A stretch of DNA of 64,000 nucleotides from Dehalococcoidia bacterium. GTDB lineage: Bacteria; Chloroflexota; Dehalococcoidia; Lucifugimonadales; UBA3495. Made by a program: the position numbers and the translations under genes. The stretch spans positions 214,566 to 278,565 of the forward strand of contig CBDHFZ010000003.1 in NCBI GenBank assembly GCA_965262865.1, written 5' to 3'. The notes under the pieces were generated by a model. The model was not told the origin of the DNA and ran no database searches. It saw nothing but the letters and a program-made list of their open reading frames with translations. Shown piece after piece: positions 48,552 through 57,745 of the stretch. How positions within the stretch are numbered: the stretch's first letter is position 1; each line of letters starts with the position of its first letter.

Positions 48552-48794
48552 TGCTTTCCGCTCAAAGAGTGTCAAGGCTGTCAGCGACGTTAGGAAACTC
48601 CATAGGTAGATACGGACCACCCGCGGGCTGCGTGAGTTGCCCTGCCGCTAACCTAAACGGTGCAGTTTCTTGTAGCGTAGCGCTCGCACCACGGGCACAG
48701 AATTCTCCGTCAACACGTCTTGCCTGAATGACCTGACCCCCGAAAGCCGATCCAGGATCAATGTTAGGATTCCGGACAAAACGGGGGTTGAGAC

Positions 48795-49073
48795 ATGGCC
48801 AGAAGGAAGCACACAGCCGAGGGAATCATCAACAAGCTTAGAGAGGTGGAGGTGGTCATCGCCGCGGGAAGTACTGTTGTAGAGGCCGCCCGGCGCCTCG
48901 GTGTCTCGAAGCAGACCTTCTACCGCAGGAGGGCCGAGTACGGTGGTCTCCGGGTCGATCAGGCTCGGCGCCTGAAGCAACTGGAAATCGAGAACAGCCG
49001 GCTGAAGCGGGCAGTGGCCGAACTGGCCCTGGACAACCAGGTACTCAAAGAGGCAGATGAGGGGAACTTCTGA
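48795..49073 (+). CDS. IS3-family transposase OrfA (HTH/leucine zipper)
   Basis: MARRKHTAEGIINKLREVEVVIAAGSTVVEAARRLGVSKQTFYRRRAEYGGLRVDQARRLKQLEIENSRLKRAVAEL. Confidence 0.85.
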   Translation: MARRKHTAEGIINKLREVEVVIAAGSTVVEAARRLGVSKQTFYRRRAEYGGLRVDQARRLKQLEIENSRLKRAVAELALDNQVLKEADEGNF

Positions 49074-50123
49074 GCCCCGCCCGCCGGCGCCGCTGCATCC
49101 AGCATGTGACGGAGACCTTCGGAGTCTCAGACCAGAGGGCATGCAGGGTGCTGGGTCAGTCCCGCTCGACCCATCGCCATGAGCCGCTGGTCCGGGATGA
49201 CGAGCAGGCACTCACCAACGACATCGTTGGGCTGTCCACCCGGTTCGGCCGGTACGGTTACCGGCGGATCACGGCGATGCTCCGGCGTAGCGGTTGGGTG
49301 GTAAACCACAAACGGGTGGCCGGATATGGCGGCGGGAGGAGATCAAGGTACCGGCCAGGCAGCCCAGGAGAGGCCGGCTGTGGCTGAACGACGGGTCGTG
49401 CGTCAGGCTGAGGCCCGAGAGGAAAAACCATGTGTGGGCCTATGACTTCGTCCACATCAGGACTTGGGACGGCCGGGCGGTACGACTTGCTGACTGTCAT
49501 AGACGAGTACACCAGGGAGTGCCTGGCTATTCGGGCAGGGCGCAGCATCCGGTCCCCGGATGTAATTGAGACCCTCGCAGAGCTGATGACAGCCAGGGGG
49601 AGTGCCAGAGCACATCCGCTCGGACAACGGGCCGGAACTCACTGCCAAGGCTGTCCGTGAGTGGCTCGGGAAGGTGGGAGCAAAGACTCTGTACATCGAG
49701 CCTGGGTCGCCGTGGGAGAACGGATACGTGGAGAGCTTCAACGGTAAGCTTAGCTGGACTTTACGCATTTTAAGCGGCATAAGCGAGGGAATCTGCAATA
49801 CGATGGTACAGAGTGGCGGGGAGTTTCTGTACATCGGAGTTGGCGGTCGATAGTGAAAAACCCTCCGACACCAACCACCAGTGGCTACGCACTAAGGTGA
49901 TGTCATCCATTACTTTTCCTGGATTTTGCGTAAAGTCGAGCTTAGGGACGAGTTGCTGGACCGGGAAGCCTTCTATACGCTGCTGCAGGTGCGGGTGCTG
50001 ACCGAGCAGTACCGGCAGACTTACAACCGGATCAGGCCCCATAGCCCCCTGGGCTACAGGCCACCGGCACCGGAAACATTCCTGCCCGAGAACCTTGTCC
50101 CAGTGCTGGTCGGACTAACATAG
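49070..50123 (+). pseudogene. IS3-family transposase OrfB (rve DDE), multiple frameshifts plus MITE insertion
   Basis: The pieces are YGYRRITAMLRRSGWVVNHKRV / WAYDFVHIRTWDGRAVRL / LTVIDEYTRECLAI / PEHIRSDNGPELTAKAV...YIEPGSPWENGYVESFNGKL // RDELLDREAFYTLLQVRVLTEQYRQTYNRIRPHSPLGYRPPAPE. Confidence 0.8.
49752..49945. repeat. ~190-bp MITE, copy 1 (TIR AGCTGGACTTTACGCA / TGCGTAAAGTCGAGCT), inserted in IS3 orfB at a TA
   Basis: It separates codons ...FNGKL and RDELL of orfB. The inverted copy at 54740-54928 is near-identical by eye. Confidence 0.7.
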
Positions 50124-50222
50124 CAAGTGGTACAACCACTGGGGGCAGGTCAGCCGTGGCGACGGAGGGTTTGGCGTAAGCGAACTCTACCGGGTGGGAA
50201 GCTGCAAGGCGGCTCCCGCCGA

Positions 50223-50312
50223 GGCCGGCGCCGGAGACCTTCCTGCCTGCCGATCCTGTTTCGGTGCTCGTCGGTGTAACATTGCAGGTGGTAAAACGTC
50301 GGGGACAGATCA
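50223..50312 (+). mobile_element. Right-end remnant of a related IS3-family element
   Basis: GGCCGGCGCCGGAGACCTTCCTGCC...GGGGACAGATCA parallels the last ~95 bp of the intact element (PPAPETFLP...GGGGGCAGGTCA). Confidence 0.6.
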
Positions 50313-50437
50313 GCGAGACCAATTCTCTATTCGATTACTCGCAATGAATTGCCGGAGACTAAGCCAAGATGGGAAATGGCATCCTCGAACCTCTCCTAGA
50401 ACTCGGGTTGATCTATGACGATGAGGATTAATGAGTT

Positions 50438-51754
50438 ATGGCTTGCTCTCACTCGAGCCGACCACCTGCCGCATCTCGATGGGTGGCCCACAAGCGGTGG
50501 TCCGATAATTGGGTAAGTATTCAAGAGTATTCGGGAGGTGGACAGGGCGAAGTCAAGCTGGTCCATCGAAAGCGCGACGGCCAGGAGGGGTTCCTAAAGG
50601 CTATCAGGCAGAAGAACGATCCGGAACGGCGGGGACGCTTCTTCAGAGAGGCCAGCGCGTACGACACGCTGAAGTCATCGGGCATTCCGCGCTTAGTCGA
50701 AAGTAATGCACATTTGCATGACGACAGTGAAGCCTTCCCATACATCGTGACCGAGTTTATCGAAGGACCGACCTTGCACCAGTGGCGCCAGGCACAATCG
50801 CTTGTCGAACTTGGCATTGCAATCAGGACGACACGAGAACTGCTCGTAATCCTAACTATGTGCCACGCCTCGGGTTTCGTGCATCGGGATGTTAAGCCAG
50901 ACAACGTCGTTCTTGCTGACGGCGACCCTGGTCGACCAGTCCTGCTCGACTTCGGTCTCAACTTCCACAAGGCCGCGAAAAACGACCTCGAAACCGAGCA
51001 GGGACAGGAGATCGGCAACCGTTTCCTGCGTCTACCGGAACTCTCGGCGGGCAGTTCCCTCAAACAAGATCCAAGGTCAGACATCTCGTTTGCTGCCGGT
51101 ATTCTCTATTTTCTGCTGACCAGCCAACATCCGAACGTCCTACAAGATGCCGAGGGTCGCCTACCCCACCAACGTATTGAAGTGCTTGCAATGCTGGAAT
51201 GTGTCGCTGGCTCCAGTCTTCACCGACTATTGGCATTGTTCGATAGAGCGTTCGCTCCGCAAATTGCAGATCGGTTCTTGAATGCTAATGCAATGCTGGC
51301 AGAACTCGAGAGGGTGATGGAACCGCCTACAGGAGCCCATTCGGAGGCCGTTTTGCAGGACATCATCGAGGCGCTGGGAACGGAATCGGCGCGTCGACAG
51401 GCGGCGACAGCAGCGCGTCTAAGTGAGGGTCTTAAACAAATCCAACGCGTGCACCGTGAAGTACTTTCGAATCTTGAGGCGAGTGGAGTTCCCCTGGGTT
51501 GGTCGCAGTCCAGTTGGAGCGTCGTCGAAGGGTCGGGACGCAACACGCTTGGTTTTGTAAGGCCGGGGTCTGCTGATAGGATTCTGTCGGTGGTTTGCGA
51601 GGCACGAGAGGCTGGCGACGAGATCGTGATCCACCTGTCCGGAGAGCCAGTGTATCGAACATTGGTCGCTTCTCCGAACTATAGCGATCAGTTTGACGCT
51701 ACGATTCGGAGCTGGCTACTCGGTCGGCTTCACGAGGCAATCACGATAACCTAA
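50438..51754 (+). CDS. Hanks-type Ser/Thr protein kinase with uncharacterised C-terminal domain
   Basis: GGGQGEVKLV (Gly loop), GFLKAI (VAIK-like Lys), HRDVKPDNVVL (catalytic loop) and LLDFGLN (DFG). About 170 aa of unassigned helical C-terminus. AT-richer than the backbone. Confidence 0.8.
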   Translation: MACSHSSRPPAASRWVAHKRWSDNWVSIQEYSGGGQGEVKLVHRKRDGQEGFLKAIRQKNDPERRGRFFREASAYDTLKSSGIPRLVESNAHLHDDSEAFPYIVTEFIEGPTLHQWRQAQSLVELGIAIRTTRELLVILTMCHASGFVHRDVKPDNVVLADGDPGRPVLLDFGLNFHKAAKNDLETEQGQEIGNRFLRLPELSAGSSLKQDPRSDISFAAGILYFLLTSQHPNVLQDAEGRLPHQRIEVLAMLECVAGSSLHRLLALFDRAFAPQIADRFLNANAMLAELERVMEPPTGAHSEAVLQDIIEALGTESARRQAATAARLSEGLKQIQRVHREVLSNLEASGVPLGWSQSSWSVVEGSGRNTLGFVRPGSADRILSVVCEAREAGDEIVIHLSGEPVYRTLVASPNYSDQFDATIRSWLLGRLHEAITIT

Positions 51755-51924
51755 GCTCGAAAGGCAAGGCGTGATCGGGTTGGGAGATCTTGGGCCGGGT
51801 CCCGAGTCGGCATTGAGCTGAAATAGCACTACCTCGTGCTTTGTCACATTTGACCAGGAATTCGAGCATGGGCAAGGACTGGTCTATTGGGCTAAACCCG
51901 CATCCACCGAACCCGTGGGTGTAA

Positions 51925-51994
51925 GAAGCCTCCTGAATGGACGAAAAGATGTTCTCTGAATCTGGGATAATGGTTTTTAAACACCAACCCCACC
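51925..51994 (+). mobile_element. IS1380-family left-end remnant (part 1), split by the IS1182-like insertion
   Basis: CCTGAATGGACGAAAAGATGTTCTCTGAATCTGGGATAATGGTTTTTAAACACCAACCCCACC aligns with the reverse complement of 36690-36752. Confidence 0.55.
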
Positions 51995-53901
51995 CTAGAA
52001 ATCTGGCCGGAAAGTGGTTTGAGTCGCCGAGCATTTATAATTGGGGTCAACAAGCGTAGCGAGGGTTGAGAATGCTGGGAGAGCGTTCGGACCAGAGGGG
52101 TCTTTGGGAAGCGGACCGGTTGTACCTGGACCATGTGGGGAAGGACACCTTCTACGGTCTGCTGGCTTCCCTGCGGGGCCGGCTGTTCCAGGACTCCGAT
52201 TTCGCGGTGTTCTACTGCGCTGACAACGGCCGGGACAGCGTGCCGCCCAGCCTGCTGGCCACGGCGCTGCTGTTGCAGACCCACGACAAGGTCAGCGACG
52301 CCGAGGCCAAGGCCCGGGCCGACTTCGACATCCGCTGGAAGGTGGCTCTGGGGATTGAGGTGGAGGACAGGCCCTTCGCCAAGAGCACGCTCCAGGTGTT
52401 CCGGGCCCAGCTGATCCTGCACGACAGGGTGCGGGAGGTATTCGAGTCCAGCCTGCGCCTCGCCCGGGAGTCGGGCTACCTGAAGAGGCGCAGCATGAAG
52501 GTGGCTCTGGACACGACCAACATCCTGGGCCGGGGCGCGGTGAGGGACACCTACAATCTGCTGGCCGACGGGATCGTCAAGCTGATGCGGGCGCTGGCGC
52601 AGGTTGAGGGAATCAGCGTCGGGAAATGGGCCAAGGCCCGGGGATACGGGCGGTACCTCGCCTCCAGCATCAAGGGAGAGGCGACCATCGACTGGTCGGA
52701 CAAGCGGGCGCGGACGGCACTGCTGGCGGGGATTGTGGGAGACGCGGACCGGCTCTTGGAATTATCGCGGCTGGCCCAGGGGGAGTTGCCCGAGGACGGT
52801 GCTGAGCGTCAGCAGATAGTGGCGGCGGCGGAACTGCTGGGGCAGTTGCTGCTCCAGGACATTGAGCGCAAGGGTGGCGACGGCGACGGCGATGACGGCG
52901 TGAGCCTCAAGGACGGGGTGAGCAAGGACCGGATGATGTCGGTGCACGACCCTGAGATGCGCCACGGGCACAAGAGCAGCAGGAGACGCTTCGACGGACA
53001 CAAGGCGGCGATTGTGGTTGACACCGACACCCAGCTGATCACCGCCGTGGAGGTACTGCCGGGCAACGCTCCGGACAACCTGGGGGCGCTGGAACTGGTA
53101 GAACAGAGCGAGGCCAACACCGGTGTGCCGGTGCAGGAGGCCATGGGCGACGCCGCCTATGGAGACGGAGCTACCAGGCAGACCTTCGCCGACGCGGGCC
53201 GCACCCTGATTGCCCGGGTGCCGGGACGGCCCGACCGGCAGCGCTTTCCCAAGAATGACTTTGTCATCGACCTGGTGGCGGGCAGTTGCACCTGTCCGGC
53301 AGGGCAGGTCACCCACACCATAGTGCCAGCGGGACGGCGTACGGATGCCGCGGGTCGGATACACCACTTGCAGGCCTTCCAGTTCGACGGGTCCGAATGT
53401 ATGACATGTCCCCTGCGGTCTCAGTGCATCTCGGCCAAGGGCAGGAAGGGACGGCGGGTGCTGATCCATCCCCAGGAGGCTCTCCTGCAACAGGCCCGTG
53501 CGTTGCAACAGAGCGCCGGGTATGACGAATATCGAGCGCGACGCGTGGTGGTCGAGCACAGATTGGCCCGACTGGTCCAGTTGGGCATTCGCCAGTCCCG
53601 CTACTTCGGACGCGCCAAGACGCGATTCCAGCTGTACCTGGCGGCTACAGTGGCCAACCTGACCCTGGTGGCGGGCAAAATCGAGCTGTCGGACAGTGTC
53701 GGCGGTGGGCTTCCGCGCCACCACGCCGTCCTCAGTGCCGTCCCCAGTGATGTCCAGGCTGTTTCCCACGGTGTGGTCGCCCATGCTACGGCCATTTTCG
53801 GCGCTGTCCGGCTCGGACTGCTGTGGTCCCAGATTCTGTTCGCCTCGGCTTTACTGCCGAAATCTCTCTCCCCATCCAGGGCTTTTCGGCCCGGCTTCTA
53901 G
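51995..53901 (+). mobile_element. IS1182-like (IS5-superfamily) element, apparently intact
   Basis: TIRs CTAGAAATCTGGCCGGAAAG (51995-) and CTTTTCGGCCCGGCTTCTAG (-53901). A single 611-aa transposase ORF has its stop inside the right TIR. Confidence 0.8.
52066..53901 (+). CDS. IS1182-like DDE transposase
   Basis: N-terminal DUF772-like region (DSVPPSLLATALLLQTHDKVSDAEAKARADFDIRWKVALGI...FAKSTLQVFR), a DDE region (DTTNILG...AYGDG...VEHRLARL) and a Cys cluster CTCPAGQ...CMTCPLRSQC. Confidence 0.85.
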   Translation: MRMLGERSDQRGLWEADRLYLDHVGKDTFYGLLASLRGRLFQDSDFAVFYCADNGRDSVPPSLLATALLLQTHDKVSDAEAKARADFDIRWKVALGIEVEDRPFAKSTLQVFRAQLILHDRVREVFESSLRLARESGYLKRRSMKVALDTTNILGRGAVRDTYNLLADGIVKLMRALAQVEGISVGKWAKARGYGRYLASSIKGEATIDWSDKRARTALLAGIVGDADRLLELSRLAQGELPEDGAERQQIVAAAELLGQLLLQDIERKGGDGDGDDGVSLKDGVSKDRMMSVHDPEMRHGHKSSRRRFDGHKAAIVVDTDTQLITAVEVLPGNAPDNLGALELVEQSEANTGVPVQEAMGDAAYGDGATRQTFADAGRTLIARVPGRPDRQRFPKNDFVIDLVAGSCTCPAGQVTHTIVPAGRRTDAAGRIHHLQAFQFDGSECMTCPLRSQCISAKGRKGRRVLIHPQEALLQQARALQQSAGYDEYRARRVVVEHRLARLVQLGIRQSRYFGRAKTRFQLYLAATVANLTLVAGKIELSDSVGGGLPRHHAVLSAVPSDVQAVSHGVVAHATAIFGAVRLGLLWSQILFASALLPKSLSPSRAFRPGF

Positions 53902-54028
53902 ACAATGAGCACCTAATAGATGCCACCACGCAACCACCCCGACAGCATCCGTGTCTCCTTCGCCGAACACCACTTGGTGAAAAATGCGGGACTGATCTTT
54001 CCGGCTGCGTGCTCAAGGCGCCATCCAC
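53902..54028 (+). pseudogene. IS1380-family remnant (part 2): transposase N-terminal codons, cut again by a MITE
   Basis: MPPRNHPDSIRVSFAEHHLVKNAGLIFPAA parallels ICIVFDDHRLVANAGLFLPAT of the 36.4-kb fragment. Confidence 0.55.
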
Positions 54029-54181
54029 CTAAACTAAAGCCAAGGTGGGATGTACATTTAAGCGGCGATGATGATCAGCTGGGTTGCGCGGGCGAATCCC
54101 TCTCATTCGTACTTGGAGAACAACCCGGCTCCATCATTTGCCCCCCCACCATCTACGCATTTCACCTTGGCTTTAGTTTAG
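54029..54181. repeat. 153-bp MITE derived from the type-1 IS630 element
   Basis: Ends CTAAACTAAAGCCAAGGTGGGATG... and ...CGCATTTCACCTTGGCTTTAGTTTAG are the TIRs of the element at 37197-38437, with no transposase between them. Confidence 0.8.
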
Positions 54182-54310
54182 GGGACCATCCTGCCCAGAT
54201 TCCGGCAGACCGGTCCCCTTTCGCACGGTCGGCCTCTGCTGATGGCCGGCCGGGGAGTTGCGGTAAGCGTCGGCAATATCGCGGCCGGAGACGCGGAAAC
54301 ACCCGATGCT

Positions 54311-54679
54311 TCAGGCGGCCTCCTTATCAGCGTCAGGCGTTGTGTCCCACCCGGCGGCGCGGCGGGCGTGCTCCCGGTCCAAGGCCGAGCGGCTGGAGTA
54401 GGCCAGTCCGTCCTTGCCCCATCCAACAGTGGCGTTGAAGGCCATCGAGCCGTCCGGGTACTCGATGATGTCGGCGGTGGGCGCTCCGCCGGTCAGGAAC
54501 TCAACTCCACCCACTCTGACGCGGTAGCGGACCGCGCGGTTGTACAGCGCCTCCAGGACCGGCGCGGTGTGGCCGCCGGGATCGCAGCGGGCCTGACCGC
54601 CGTAGCCGTCGCACCGGCGGGCAGCGTCATAGCCGCGTCGGACTGCGGCGGTCAGGCTGGCCGCCATGGACTTTGCCAT
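54311..54679 (-). CDS. Hypothetical protein (122 aa)
   Basis: The likely start is MAKSMAASLTAAVRRGYDAARRCDGYGGQ..., with GAGG ~8 nt upstream. The longer ORF-track version runs into the MITE at 54740. No family recognised. Confidence 0.4.
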   Translation of the reverse strand: MAKSMAASLTAAVRRGYDAARRCDGYGGQARCDPGGHTAPVLEALYNRAVRYRVRVGGVEFLTGGAPTADIIEYPDGSMAFNATVGWGKDGLAYSSRSALDREHARRAAGWDTTPDADKEAA

Positions 54680-54739
54680 TTCAGAACCTCGCCCAGAGGA
54701 CATGAAGAGATGTCCGCCGGTATGCTCTTCACATCCTAT

Positions 54740-54928
54740 GCTCGACTTTACGCAAAATCCAGGAAAAGTAATGGATGACATCACCTTTGTGCGTAGCCAC
54801 TGGTGGTTGGTGTCGGAGGGTTTTTCACTATCGACCGCCAACTCCGATGTACAGGAACTCCCCGCCACTCTGTACCATCGTATTGCAGATTCCCTCGCTT
54901 ATGCCGCTTAAAATGCGTAAAGTCCAGC
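54740..54928. repeat. ~190-bp MITE, copy 2 (inverted relative to 49752-49945)
   Basis: GCTCGACTTTACGCAAAATCCAGGAAAAGTAATGGATGACATCACC...TGCGTAAAGTCCAGC. The ORF track shows the shared pseudo-peptide CTSELAVDSEKPSDTNHQWLRTKVMSSITFPGFCVKSS in both copies. Confidence 0.7.
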
Positions 54929-55023
54929 TTGTAACCCTTAAACCGTAACCGATGCCCATTATTGCCCAGGCAGCGCGTCGCCGGCCAGATCCGGCCATGC
55001 CCCAGTGGGCCGGTTATCCTTCC

Positions 55024-55616
55024 CCGAAGGCCGTTGGCGCTATCTCTTCGAGATAGCAGCCGCAGATCCGGCGGACGCTGCTGGAGGGCAACCCGGTTAT
55101 CGTGGCGATGCCGCCCCAAGAGAGGCCGTCGCGCCGGCGCATGTTCTGGATCTCTTCGGCCCGCTTCCGGCTGACTCCCTTGCGCCGCCCGAGGTGCTAT
55201 GCCGGTGGCCCTTACCCGCTCCAGCCCCGCCAGTGTTCTCTCCCTGGCCAGGTCGCGCTCCATCTCCGCGAAGACGATGGCGAGGTGCAGCGTCCCCCGC
55301 CCCATGGCACTGTCCTGGTCGATGGACTCCCGTAGGCTGATAACCTCGACCTGGTTCTCCCTCAGTCAGCCCAGCAGGTCCAACACCTCAGTCAGCGACT
55401 GGCCCAAGCGGTCCAACGCCGCCGCCTTTACACAGTCGCCCGGCTGGAGGGGGGCCTTCAGGCGTTTAGCCCCGGCCGATTCCAAGAGGCCCCACTCCCC
55501 ACGTCCTCGAAGACCTGCTCGCAGTCGGCCAACACCCGGCGCTGGTTCTCTAAGTTGTTGGCGTCGGCGTCGCTGGATACCGACACGCGGGCGTATCCCA
55601 ACAGTTTTCCGCTCAT
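55024..55616 (-). pseudogene. Serine recombinase (resolvase/invertase) with an internal stop and frameshifts
   Basis: MSGKLLGYARVSVSSDADANNLENQRRVL... / ...DRLGQSLTEVLDLLG*LRENQVEVISLRESIDQDSAMGRGTLHLAIVFAEMERDLARERTLAGLERVRATG / (another frame) RKGVSRKRAEEIQNMRRRDGLSWGGIATITGLPSSSVRRI. Confidence 0.75.
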
Positions 55617-55844
55617 ACTTCGCTGGCCCCCGGTTGTGGCATGGCGGCGCGATCCTACGGCGGACGGAGTTCTGGCTATGCTCACATTCGTCCCCTTATG
55701 ACAGAGTTGGCCGGGCGGAAGGCCCGGAGTTGAGGGCGATGTAGACCACAGTGCGTAGTCAGTCTACGATTCCGTCCGTACCTTGTTTTTCAATGGCGCT
55801 AAGATATTGGGCTACTGGGGCGGCGATCGTGTACCACTGATCAT

Positions 55845-56135
55845 GATGACTGACGGCAGTAAAATGGTCGGAGTGGGGACGTTAAAGGAGCAGGTAGAGA
55901 CAGCGTTGACGGTGCGCCCTATTCTTCCTCGCGATCGTCTGGAGCTTGCGAGGCGGCGTTCTCCTAGCTGCGCTTGAGCCTGTAGCTTTCGCCGTTCATC
56001 TCCAGGATGTGGACGTGGTGAGGAAGACGGTCCAACAGCGCGCCGGTGAGGCGCTCCGAACCGAAGACCTCGGTCCAATCGTCGAAAGGCAGGTTGGTGG
56101 TTACCAGAATGGAGCCCACCTCGTATACACTCTGG
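55845..56135 (-). mobile_element. istB: IS21-family right-end remnant with istB 3' fragment
   Basis: Minus strand 56135-55964 reads ...VYEVGSILVTTNLPFDDWTEVFGSERLTGALLDRLPHHVHILEMNGESYRLKRS*. The sequence near 55850-55880 (TGACGGCAGTAAAATGGTCGGAGTGGGGACG) resembles the IS21 terminal repeat. The left boundary is uncertain. Confidence 0.65.
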
Positions 56136-56621
56136 CTTCTTCAAGGACTGTCCCCTAGGCCGTCCTTCGGTGGATTCGAGCTTGGGGAGAATCGGGGTTC
56201 CCGGCCATATTTCTAGGCCCTAGCCAACACCCTGGGCTGGTTCAAGCCCGGAGAACAGTCCAACAAAATTAACGCAGATCCTCGGTTGCTGCACCTGACG
56301 GAGCTAAATGGGCGCATCGCCATCGCCGACTCCAGCAACAGTTTCCCACGACCTGTTTAAGCAATAGATCAGGCGGGAAGTGCGTGTACAGGAGCAATGT
56401 CTCAAGCGGGCCGGAGGGAAGGGGATATGCTGGGGTTACTCTGCAGTAAATATGCGTTGCCGGACTTTCCGGCGAAATGGCTAAAATCGGCTGAGGGGCG
56501 CCTTCGCATAAATTATCGCCACTGTGCTAACTTGATTGTACGTTAATACGTAAATACGGATGTTCACCAGGACGGGGCGTCACGTAGACGTGTAGTCGTG
56601 GTGCCGGATAATGGAGGCGCA

Positions 56622-57311
56622 ATGAAATCCATCTGTCTCGTATCCTGGAAAGGCGGGACCGGCAAAACTACGCTGGCCTGCAACCTGGCCGAAAGAGCAG
56701 GAGCCGCTGGCCTGAACACGACCTTATGCGACTTTGACCCCCAGTTCATCGCCCTCAGGCATTGTCAACTAAGGGCCACCACCAACCCGGACGCGCCCCC
56801 AATAAAGGGAGTCCGCGGTTCTCTCTCCATAGACGGGATAGCCGCGCTTCACGCTGCCATTAACGCGGAGGGATGCGACCTGCTGGTCTGCGATCTGCCC
56901 GGAGCGGACTCCTTCACCTTGGACCACGCTCTGTCCAACATAGACCTGCTGCTTCTTCCGGTGACCACAGCGCCCTACGACATCCTGGTTACCGCCAACC
57001 TAGTACGACATGGCATCGATAAGGGCTGGAATATGGCGCTGCTGCCCAACAATCTGTCTTCGTCCAAAACGCGGACACTGCAGAAGCTGGAAGTACTTCA
57101 TCAAATGGGTGTGGAAGTAGCACCGGTGGGACTCATACGACGGGTGTCATACTGGGACGCCTCCGAGGTTGGCCTAGGAGTATGCGAATACGCGCCCCGA
57201 AGTCCCGCTGCCGCTGAGATGCAACAACTTTGGGATTGGATTGCAAAGAGGTTGGAACTGCCTAGAGACGATCGCCACGAGTCAAAAGTCAAGGAGGCCT
57301 CATTTGCCTGA
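56622..57311 (+). CDS. parA: ParA/Soj-family partition ATPase
   Basis: MKSICLVSWKGGTGKTTLACNLA (deviant Walker A), DFDPQ, LLVCDLPG. SD GGAGG lies 4 nt upstream of ATG 56622. Confidence 0.85.
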   Translation: MKSICLVSWKGGTGKTTLACNLAERAGAAGLNTTLCDFDPQFIALRHCQLRATTNPDAPPIKGVRGSLSIDGIAALHAAINAEGCDLLVCDLPGADSFTLDHALSNIDLLLLPVTTAPYDILVTANLVRHGIDKGWNMALLPNNLSSSKTRTLQKLEVLHQMGVEVAPVGLIRRVSYWDASEVGLGVCEYAPRSPAAAEMQQLWDWIAKRLELPRDDRHESKVKEASFA

Positions 57312-57663
57312 GAAGAAACCCAGGCTCAACATTACGGAACTGCCTGAACTCGACACGCCGGAGTTGGGCCAAATTCCACAGCAAGCTATCCCGTCGGAAC
57401 TTGAAGCTATTGACCTGGAAACCCTCAATGCCATCGCCGCCAGAAACGGAGCGGAAGTACACAAGAAGCGGGCGGCCTATGGAGTAGTGTCGGCAACCGC
57501 AGATGTAAAGGGGAAGACTCGACTCACCGCCCATATACCGGATGACCTGCGTAGAGATGTGCAGATGGCTACCACGCTCACCAACAAACGCCTTTCTCAG
57601 ATCGTTGAGGAAGCGCTTCGGCTCTGGATGAACGCCCAGGGGCTGAGGGGGCAAGGCGGTTAA
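57304..57663 (+). CDS. Ribbon-helix-helix (ParG/CopG-like) partition or regulatory protein
   Basis: TTG at 57304 is preceded by AAGGAGG (57291-57297) and overlaps the parA stop. C-terminal KTRLTAHIPDDLRRDVQMATTLTNKRLSQIVEEALRLWMNAQGL is RHH-like. The ORF-track start (57241) is probably too far upstream. Confidence 0.65.
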   Translation: MPEKKPRLNITELPELDTPELGQIPQQAIPSELEAIDLETLNAIAARNGAEVHKKRAAYGVVSATADVKGKTRLTAHIPDDLRRDVQMATTLTNKRLSQIVEEALRLWMNAQGLRGQGG

Positions 57664-57745
57664 TTTCCACACAGCGACACGGCGACGGCGTGAATTAGGC
57701 AGGTCGGTTTTCGACGACACCGACCCGCTGACAGGGAGGCTTGGC

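Larger units (their letters stand above)
48729..50152 (+). mobile_element. IS3-family element carrying a MITE insertion in orfB
   Basis: TIRs TGACCTGACCCCC (48729-) and GGGGGCAGGTCA (-50152). orfA is intact. orfB is in pieces and is interrupted at 49752-49945. Confidence 0.8.
34030..51900. other. Compositionally distinct (visibly AT-richer) island, interrupted by GC-rich IS/Tn insertions
   Basis: By-eye composition only, not computed. Genes 34587..35612, 41053..48499 and 50438..51754 and their spacers are clearly less GC-rich than the flanking genes. The GC-rich blocks inside correspond to Tn3-mini, IS1380, IS630, IS21 and IS3 sequences. Confidence 0.5.

Noticed and set aside
48648-49211. 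187-aa minus-strand ORF overlapping the IS3 left end and orfA
   Set aside because: It is antisense to the clearly recognisable OrfA and crosses the IS boundary.
52762-53784. 340-aa minus-strand ORF inside the IS1182-like element, and the 367-aa plus-strand ORF 39341..40444 inside IS21 istA
   Set aside because: They are antisense shadow ORFs of well-supported transposase genes in GC-rich sequence.
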